48,043 bases of DNA. Origin: Desulfobacterales bacterium (lineage in GTDB: Bacteria > Desulfobacterota > Desulfobacteria > Desulfobacterales > ETH-SRB1). The DNA is taken from positions 1-48,043 of the forward strand of contig JAUWOS010000001.1 of the NCBI GenBank assembly GCA_030611985.1, in the 5' to 3' direction. Made by a program: the position numbers and the translations under genes. Shown piece by piece: positions 18,986 through 26,097 of this stretch; position 1 is the stretch's first letter; each line of letters begins with the position of its first letter. The notes under the pieces are model-generated. The model ran no database searches, was not told where the DNA came from, and was given only the letters and a program-made list of their open reading frames with translations.

Positions 18986-20263
18986 TTAAAACATAGCACT
19001 CAAACTCACTGATAAAATATTTGTATCATATTCTGAGTTCAAATAAGGGTTACCACTATTATCAGCGCCATCACTCGCCTTCTTGCTCTTATATTCATAT
19101 TTCAGTCCTGCTGTCAGCCAATCCTGTATTTTGTAACCAAGACCGCCTCTGGCGACATAAGTATTGAAATACTTTTTATCGCTGCCGGATCTTTCATTTA
19201 AATAATCATTATTAATCCACTCAACTCCCAGGTTGAAAGAAAGCCTGTTTGCAAGGTCTTGATTAAGACTCAATCCCACCAGAGTATCCAGATACGATGA
19301 AGCATCATTATCAGGAGAACCTTTGTGAGATCTTTGCAGGCTCAAAGAGAGCCGGGTCCTTTGCGCTGGTTGATAATTCACCACGGTCTCAGCCACCCAG
19401 GAGCTATCATCTTTGTATTTTTGATCATTATTATCAAACTCGTTATCGAACTTCTTGTCACCATAACCAAGTTTGACTTCCCCGCTCAATTTTCCACCAG
19501 GCTCAAATCTTGCGCCGATAAAATAATCATTAAGTCTGTAATCCTGAGAATTTATGCTGTTCCAGTCAGGAGCGATGGAAATTCCATCGTTCTGACTGTC
19601 ATATTCGGCATTGGTCCGGCGGTACTGAGCAAACACAGAGGTCTTGCCTGTTAATTTTACAAAAAAAGAGGCTCCATATGCATTATCAGTCCGATCTTGC
19701 CATTCATCATTGATCAGATCAAAACGCTCCACATAATTTTTATACATTAATTCCAGAGTATATTTTTCAAAAAAACTATAGCCGGCAGCTACCTCAGCCA
19801 TGTTATTCCATCTTTCGGTTTTGACGCCTACATTATAGTTATTAGCTGTTCCATACGGATCTTTGGTACGCACAAAATTATCGCTTGCGCGAAGATAAAG
19901 CCCGAAAGGTGTTTTCAGACCCATTGCCATATAAGGTTTGTGAGCCTGATAATTATTTTTATTATTATCCGAATATGCCACCATGTCGACACCATACCCC
20001 GCGTTAAAAAAATTACCTGGAGCGCCACCTGCATAACTCAAACCTATGGATGGAGTTATGGTATTGATATAGTCACCTTCTTCGCCTGTTTTTGCAGAGT
20101 AAATATTGTCATTATATTCACCCTTATATGTTATCTCCGGCGCCACTTTTAACCTGCCGAAATGAATATTTCCCTGAGCAAAAACATGAGGCGCCAAAAA
20201 GAAAAACACGATACACATCACAGACAAACCATACTTTATTGAATGGTATCTTCTCCTGATCAT
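18986..20263 (-). CDS. outer-membrane beta-barrel protein (exopolysaccharide-locus type)
   Basis: Signal peptide ...APHVFAQG, alternating beta-strand pattern rich in Y/G/N/D, C-terminal ...LSAMF. Adjacent to an O-antigen-ligase-like gene. Confidence 0.6.
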   Translation of the reverse strand: MIRRRYHSIKYGLSVMCIVFFFLAPHVFAQGNIHFGRLKVAPEITYKGEYNDNIYSAKTGEEGDYINTITPSIGLSYAGGAPGNFFNAGYGVDMVAYSDNNKNNYQAHKPYMAMGLKTPFGLYLRASDNFVRTKDPYGTANNYNVGVKTERWNNMAEVAAGYSFFEKYTLELMYKNYVERFDLINDEWQDRTDNAYGASFFVKLTGKTSVFAQYRRTNAEYDSQNDGISIAPDWNSINSQDYRLNDYFIGARFEPGGKLSGEVKLGYGDKKFDNEFDNNDQKYKDDSSWVAETVVNYQPAQRTRLSLSLQRSHKGSPDNDASSYLDTLVGLSLNQDLANRLSFNLGVEWINNDYLNERSGSDKKYFNTYVARGGLGYKIQDWLTAGLKYEYKSKKASDGADNSGNPYLNSEYDTNILSVSLSAMF

Positions 20264-20472
20264 TTTATCACCCACCCTTTTTTTTACTTTAATTTTTATT
20301 TTGCAAAAGAATGTACCATAGTTATTTGCAATTTATTTTACCACGAAATTTGAATAGGATACAAAAGAATCTTATTCTCTTTGCACAAAATCTTATTTCA
20401 CATACTACAGACCTTCAAATTAAGTCATTTCACAAGGCTAAAGTCAAGTATTTTTATATGAAATTTGAGTTC

Positions 20473-22932
20473 TTATCCTTTCTTTGCCAAAAATCGCATA
20501 ACCAAACTCTTCAACTCTTCGTTATTTTCCGGAACAATTCCAATCACAACCGCATCATCAGGATAATATTTCCAGACCCGATCCACAGCCTTTTTCCAAC
20601 GCTTTGGGTCAAGATCCAGAGATCGCTGAAACAATCTTTGAAACTTTCTAATCCCATCTTCCCGAAACAAAATTGCGCCCTTCCCTTCCCTCCCACTTCC
20701 CACTTCCAGCTTTAAGCTTTCATCAACATTTATTTTCATCCCTTCCAAAGAAAGTCGTCCACTTATCCAGCCATCCCTTCCCACAAGGAAAGTCATCCCT
20801 CCATCCTCTAATTCCGACCTCCGTCCTGCAACATCCGTCCCATTGCCTTCTTCTCCTGCGTCCTTCAGCCTTGAACCTTGAACCTTAAACCTTAAACCTT
20901 CTTCTTTCAACATACTCGCCCGCCATACCCAATACCATGCCACATCAAAAAGCATGTCAGAATCATTTGGAGCGCAATAAATTCCGACATCAAAGCATTC
21001 TTCCGCCAATGGAAGCCATTTGTTCACATATCTGTATGGATCGTAACTCTTAAACGAATAGCATTTGCCTGAATTATACCAGTATATTCCATTCGCCGGA
21101 TTAAGCCGCACAGCCTCTTTCAAACTTGCAATCGCCAGTTCGTTATACTCCGATCTCCGTTCTCCGACTCCCGACACCCGATCCTTGATCTCCGTACTCA
21201 TATAGTATTCGGCCAGCTTAAAGTGATACTCTGCGTTGCCCGGATTGTGATCAATGGCTTCCTGAATTTCGGCAAGATATGGTTTCCGGTTCAAATTCAT
21301 AGCGGAGTTCCACTCTGCAGCGTATTTTGTCTCTGCAAAAAGATGACGGCCTGTTGTGAAAACAGAGGCTGCAAAGGCGAAAAATACCATGCAGAACATT
21401 ACGATTCGCACAGTCCTCGTCAATGAAATTTTTCGAACTTTGTAAAAAAAAGACTCGCTGTACCCACGACCCTGCCTGTGAAGCGCAGCATAACCGATCC
21501 CCAGCAATGCAGCCAGGGTTAAAGGATTTGCCGGTATGTGCATGTTGAACTCAAAGTAGCTGTTAAATCCTGCAGAAAGAAGCCCGGCCATCGCCCCGCA
21601 ACCTATTCCCAGGGCATAATAATTTTTTCTTTTTTTCCAGATGCGGACCATTTTAATGAGATAAACCGCAAAGGCAATAAAAATCAGAAAACCTCCAGCG
21701 ATTCCGATCTCGGCGCCTGCCTTAATCCAGTCGTTATGGGCACGCCCACAGCCTGACACTCTATCATCATAATTCTGGATATATCTCGGATAGAGATAAC
21801 GGAAATTTCCCCATCCCACGCCCATGACCGGATAATCCCGAAGCATCGGCATTATTGAGCGGGTGGTCATAAGGTGGCTATCCATACCTTTGGTTTGTTT
21901 AAATTGATCAAAGGTCTTGTCAATCCCGACGTTAAGCCCCCAGATAAAAAAAATCAGGCAAAAAACCATGGCAGCTACGCCGTACTTACAAAACCGCTTT
22001 TTTGTAAAAAACAACACAGACATCAGGAACATGGAGCCCGCAAAAGACAGGATGCCTCCACGGGAACCTGACAACAAAAGGGACAACGCCATAATAGTGC
22101 CCGCAAAAAACAAGAAGATGATTTTCGGTTGTACCGACTCAGGAGAAAACCAGCTCACTGCACGTTGTACAATTGATCCATGCCCGCCAGACTGACCTCC
22201 GAATCCTGATATCCGACCTCTGACATCCAATCCTCGCTTCTTCATGGCTATCATAAACCCGAATGTCAACGGAACAAGCATTCCCATATAAGCGGCAAAA
22301 TGATTCGATCTGATAAAAGTACCGCCGGCAAAACGACCGCCGCCGTTAAGGCTCTTCCACCACCACTCCCCGGGCGTGATGCTGAAAACCTGAAAAATAG
22401 CATAAACCGCCTCAAAAATGCCCACAAAAACAAGGACACCAATAAGAATATTGATTCGCTTTTCGGATCCGGCAGTATTAAGTACAAGGAAGAACATCCC
22501 CATATAAGCAGCTAATTTGAGCCATTCAACGATGGCGGAATGGAGATAATAAGCAAGACATGTCCATCTGCTTCCGTCCAAACCGGAATCTTTGACATTT
22601 GCCGCAACTTCAAAAATTTGCATCTTGTCGACAAATGTTCGAGGTGAAAGAAATGCTATCCAGGAAGACGGAAGAGGCGCCATCTGTAGTCCGATAATAA
22701 GAAGAATCAGAATCAAAAACAGGTTCACAGGAGTCTTTACCCACTCCAGAGTATCGGTTCTTGAAAATATCAGCTTATCCACAAACCAGATAGCCAGAAA
22801 AAAGAAAACTCCGAATTCTATCAGACTATATGCCCATACATGAACAGACCCGAAAGCAAAAGGAGCAAATATAAGGAGAAAAATAACTCCCACAAAAATA
22901 ACTCGGTCACATATGCTTTGATTTTTAATCAT
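20473..22932 (-). CDS. O-antigen ligase (Wzy_C)-like polytopic membrane protein with a C-terminal TPR region
   Basis: More than 10 TM segments, a Wzy_C-like loop (GSRGG...HNDW), and TPR-like helices. Carries a repeat-like in-frame insert near the 3' end. Confidence 0.75.
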   Translation of the reverse strand: MIKNQSICDRVIFVGVIFLLIFAPFAFGSVHVWAYSLIEFGVFFFLAIWFVDKLIFSRTDTLEWVKTPVNLFLILILLIIGLQMAPLPSSWIAFLSPRTFVDKMQIFEVAANVKDSGLDGSRWTCLAYYLHSAIVEWLKLAAYMGMFFLVLNTAGSEKRINILIGVLVFVGIFEAVYAIFQVFSITPGEWWWKSLNGGGRFAGGTFIRSNHFAAYMGMLVPLTFGFMIAMKKRGLDVRGRISGFGGQSGGHGSIVQRAVSWFSPESVQPKIIFLFFAGTIMALSLLLSGSRGGILSFAGSMFLMSVLFFTKKRFCKYGVAAMVFCLIFFIWGLNVGIDKTFDQFKQTKGMDSHLMTTRSIMPMLRDYPVMGVGWGNFRYLYPRYIQNYDDRVSGCGRAHNDWIKAGAEIGIAGGFLIFIAFAVYLIKMVRIWKKRKNYYALGIGCGAMAGLLSAGFNSYFEFNMHIPANPLTLAALLGIGYAALHRQGRGYSESFFYKVRKISLTRTVRIVMFCMVFFAFAASVFTTGRHLFAETKYAAEWNSAMNLNRKPYLAEIQEAIDHNPGNAEYHFKLAEYYMSTEIKDRVSGVGERRSEYNELAIASLKEAVRLNPANGIYWYNSGKCYSFKSYDPYRYVNKWLPLAEECFDVGIYCAPNDSDMLFDVAWYWVWRASMLKEEGLRFKVQGSRLKDAGEEGNGTDVAGRRSELEDGGMTFLVGRDGWISGRLSLEGMKINVDESLKLEVGSGREGKGAILFREDGIRKFQRLFQRSLDLDPKRWKKAVDRVWKYYPDDAVVIGIVPENNEELKSLVMRFLAKKG

Positions 22933-22979
22933 ACCTTATTAAAAGCTCATCAGCTTCGCTCTTTGCGCAATGTATATGC

Positions 22980-23582
22980 TCAACTTGTCTCAATAATCTC
23001 ATATCCGTTTTTCTGAAGTGAGTTTATAATCGGTTCCACCTGACATGGCTTCAACCTGAAATAATAAATATTTTCATCTGTTCTGTGTGATGCCATCCCT
23101 ACACTTATTATCTGTCCTCTATTATCTTGTATAATACGAGAAACATCTTGAAATGCATCCGGTTTTTTGCCAAGCGCTACATCTATACGAGAACTATTGG
23201 TCAAGAGCCCCATCATGCTGATAAATGCTCCCAGAATATCTGTTGTTGTGATAATGCCAACCAGTTTCCGGTCTTTAACTACAGGGATTCCACCAATTTT
23301 GTGTTTGTAGATAATTCGAGCAGCAGTTTCAATATCAGAGTCAGGGTGAAGCAAAACAGGCTCCTTTATCATAATATCTTTCAGTGTCAGATCCGATACC
23401 ATTGATGGAATAAATGCCTGCTTCAAATCTGTCAGGGTAACAAAACCTATAAAATTATTCTCATCATTTACTACCGGAAGATGTCGTATGGAATGAGAAT
23501 TTACAAGATCAAAAGCATCCTGTACGGAAGCGTTTTCAGAAATAGTAATAGGATTTTTGATCATTATTGATCTGATTCGCAT
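22980..23582 (-). CDS. CBS-pair plus ACT-like domain protein (AcuB-like)
   Basis: Two CBS motifs (IRHLPVV..., IGGIPVV...). Start trimmed to ATG 23582, which has AGGAG upstream. Confidence 0.75.
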   Translation of the reverse strand: MRIRSIMIKNPITISENASVQDAFDLVNSHSIRHLPVVNDENNFIGFVTLTDLKQAFIPSMVSDLTLKDIMIKEPVLLHPDSDIETAARIIYKHKIGGIPVVKDRKLVGIITTTDILGAFISMMGLLTNSSRIDVALGKKPDAFQDVSRIIQDNRGQIISVGMASHRTDENIYYFRLKPCQVEPIINSLQKNGYEIIETS

Positions 23583-23601
23583 GGATAGTATTCTCCTGTT
23601 A

Positions 23602-23623
23602 AGAAACGTGGACGAAATAACTT
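23602..23623 (+). repeat. MITE-B solo terminus
   Basis: AGAAACGTGGACGAAATAACTT. Confidence 0.7.
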
Positions 23624-23783
23624 GAGTGTAACCAAAATAGAACATTTATCTGTTCAATTTGCAGCTTCATCATTTGCAGCTTCTCAATAAATGGAGGCTT
23701 TAAGGTGATGAAATTGATGATCCCGGATTGTTGATTTATGATTGAAGGTTGTTTCTAAATCGACAATCTTTGGAAATCTACCA

Positions 23784-25676
23784 CTACATCCCTGTAAAAT
23801 CAAAACTTAATTTTGTTTGAAACTTTTCTATCCTTTTGAATATCTCTTTTAACATTGTCTGCTCTATGATGGAAAGCTTCTTCGGATTAACATAATTATT
23901 CGGCTTTTTATTTTCATCAATAACCGATGCGATCTGCCGTATAAATCTTAACTGCATCAGGAAGCTGTACGACTGTTCTATTTCATTATACTCCTGCCAG
24001 TGCAAAACTTTTTTCAAATAAAGTTGATGCAGCCTTTCCTGAGTATTAGTTTCTTCAATTTTGTTTTTTAGCGCATATATCCTTGCAAAATCAACAATTG
24101 GCGTCATGGCGCTCTTTATATCAAAAGAGTTCTGGTGTTCACCTTTTGACTCAACTAAAAAACTCCTGAAAAAACCTATCGGAGGTTTAAAGTGGAGGGC
24201 ATTTTCAGTTAAATGGCGAAAAAAACCCGCCCACCCGACAAGAGAATCAAAAAGATATTTGCGAAGCTCGGTTATAAGGTTCATATCTCCATACGCGCCG
24301 CGAAAATCAAAGAAAATACTTGATTTAAGCAAATCTTCAGGTTCCGCAGCATGAATCCATGCTGAAAAATATTTTTTCCAGGTGGATAACGGCCGGCACC
24401 ATTTGGGGTTTTTCGCCATTACATCCCCCTTGCAAAAACTATATCCTGCCTGATCAAGCCAGGAGCAAACCTTTTCTCCAAGTTTTAAAAAATAGCGCCC
24501 TGCCCTCTCTTCCGATTCCTTTGATACGTCTTCAAATATTATTGCATTATCTTGATCCGTCTTAAGTGTTTGCTCTTTTCTCCCCTCGCTTCCTATAATT
24601 ACAAATACAAATCCAGCCGGTGGCTGGCCCAATTCATCAATTGCAAACCCAATCAGTTTATTTAAAATAGCATCTGAAATTGTTGTTAAGAGCCTTGTCA
24701 CATTTTTTGCTTTAGCCCCGCTATTGATAAGTCCCTGGATTAATTCAGGCAACTGTCCGTGTTTGTCTGTGATTTTCTCAATGCTGTCTGCTGTGCTGAT
24801 CTCGCGAATAAGAAATAGCGGTGACTTTCCCTGAGCTGCAACCAGATCACTATTGGTCACAACGCCTACAACTTTTTTATCTGAATCTGTGACGGCAAGA
24901 TGTTTTATATTTCTCTTCATCATTGCTATAAGAGCTTCGAAAACAAGGGCATTGTCTGAAATTGTGCCTGAAAGATAAGACATTATATCGGAAACGGGCT
25001 TTTTAATATCAAGCCCTTTTGCAACAACTTTCTTTCTCAAATCAGTATCAGTAACTACGCCCACAAAATCTCCACCAGGTTTTTTTATAAAAATGGAACT
25101 GCATCTATTACTGCTCATGATTGCTGCTGCCTTCCGGATCGGAAAATCCGTGTCACAGAAAACCAGATCTCCAGTAAAAATACTTGCGACAGACCGGCTG
25201 AAAAATTGCGAAGATTCCTCCTTTGACCGGATACTCTTTGCAACAATTTCAGCATAAGACCTGTTAAGCATCCGCTTGCCGAAAGCATCGGTAAAATATT
25301 CGGAAAAAATCCCATGTTGTGAGCAAGTATGCAGAAAACTCTTTTTAGGCAGAATATAAAAATCCGAATCTTTATTTATTTTCAGCGTCCGAACAGCAAT
25401 TCCATCATTTAAAAGCATGGAAATTCCGCCATAGATATTTCCTTTGTTTAAGAATACATGAAGTGTTTTTTTACCGTTCTGTTCATAATACCGTTCAGCA
25501 GCGCCTTTTTGAATTATATAAAGACATTCAATCCTTGATCGCTCCTGAACAAACAAGATTGTATTTTCAGGATAATGAACCATAGAAACTTCAGAAGCTA
25601 TTTTCTTGAGTTCCTCTTCAGGAAGAAAAGAAAACGGAACCACACCAGACAAGAATTTAAAAGCCTTTTCGTTCAT
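23784..25676 (-). CDS. cyclic-nucleotide-binding plus CBS-pair plus DUF294 nucleotidyltransferase signal-transduction protein (COG2905 type)
   Basis: N-terminal cNMP-binding fold, CBS pair, pol-beta-type NTase motif IIGSEGRKEQTLKTDQDNAI, and a DUF294_C-like tail. 630 aa. Confidence 0.85.
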   Translation of the reverse strand: MNEKAFKFLSGVVPFSFLPEEELKKIASEVSMVHYPENTILFVQERSRIECLYIIQKGAAERYYEQNGKKTLHVFLNKGNIYGGISMLLNDGIAVRTLKINKDSDFYILPKKSFLHTCSQHGIFSEYFTDAFGKRMLNRSYAEIVAKSIRSKEESSQFFSRSVASIFTGDLVFCDTDFPIRKAAAIMSSNRCSSIFIKKPGGDFVGVVTDTDLRKKVVAKGLDIKKPVSDIMSYLSGTISDNALVFEALIAMMKRNIKHLAVTDSDKKVVGVVTNSDLVAAQGKSPLFLIREISTADSIEKITDKHGQLPELIQGLINSGAKAKNVTRLLTTISDAILNKLIGFAIDELGQPPAGFVFVIIGSEGRKEQTLKTDQDNAIIFEDVSKESEERAGRYFLKLGEKVCSWLDQAGYSFCKGDVMAKNPKWCRPLSTWKKYFSAWIHAAEPEDLLKSSIFFDFRGAYGDMNLITELRKYLFDSLVGWAGFFRHLTENALHFKPPIGFFRSFLVESKGEHQNSFDIKSAMTPIVDFARIYALKNKIEETNTQERLHQLYLKKVLHWQEYNEIEQSYSFLMQLRFIRQIASVIDENKKPNNYVNPKKLSIIEQTMLKEIFKRIEKFQTKLSFDFTGM

Positions 25677-25678
25677 TA

Positions 25679-25973
25679 ATAAAAGTTTCCCAAATGATTC
25701 GTTATGCTATAATGTTAATAGCTTAGAATTAAAAGTGAAAACTGACTATTGAAGATTGAAGATTGGTGGTACGCCTTCGGCGTGCTAATTGATAAACCAA
25801 AGTTTTTTAAAGATTATCCTCTTGTATATTAATGTTTTAAAGGGAATATAAATATATAAAAATAGCAGCATTCCTTAAATCTTAAATCTTAAATCTTAAA
25901 TCTTATATACCATACGCCTTCTGTGATTAATTCAAATAATTACAAGATGTTAAATCATTTGGGAAACTTTTAT
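25679..25973. mobile_element. MITE-C, full copy with a 5-bp target duplication (CATTA)
   Basis: Inverted repeats ATAAAAGTTTCCCAAATGATT (25679-25699) and AATCATTTGGGAAACTTTTAT (25953-25973). CATTA is at 25674-25678 and again at 25974-25978. Contains internal 7/8-mer tandem repeats and a CGCC-TTCG-GCG hairpin. Confidence 0.75.
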
Positions 25974-25981
25974 CATTAACT

Positions 25982-26097
25982 TTCCTTTCGCTCAATCCCT
26001 AAATCCCTAAATTCCTAAATCCCTAAATTCCTCAATTCCTCAATTCCTCAATTCCTAAATTCCTCAATTCCTAAATTTGTTTTAATTCCTAAATTCT
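25982..26097 (-). repeat. 8-nt phased GGA-rich array (12 GGA motifs on the minus strand)
   Basis: Minus strand reads ...TTTAGGAATTGAGGAATTTAGGAATTGAGGAATTGAGGAATTGAGGAATTTAGGGATTTAGG... Almost C-free. Starts right after the exonuclease-gene stop. Confidence 0.85.

Noticed and set aside
20301-20318. A sigma-54 promoter (minus strand TGGTACATTCTTTTGCAA) in front of the outer-membrane barrel gene.
   Set aside because: The GG and GC dinucleotides are separated by 11 nt. The strictly conserved spacing is 10 nt (TGGCAC-N5-TTGC), so this is off by one. It is kept only as a note.
20311-20715. The 134-aa plus-strand ORF overlapping the 3' end of the O-antigen-ligase gene.
   Set aside because: It is a shadow ORF in low-complexity, AT-rich and repeat-derived sequence, antisense to a gene with clear membrane-protein and TPR features.
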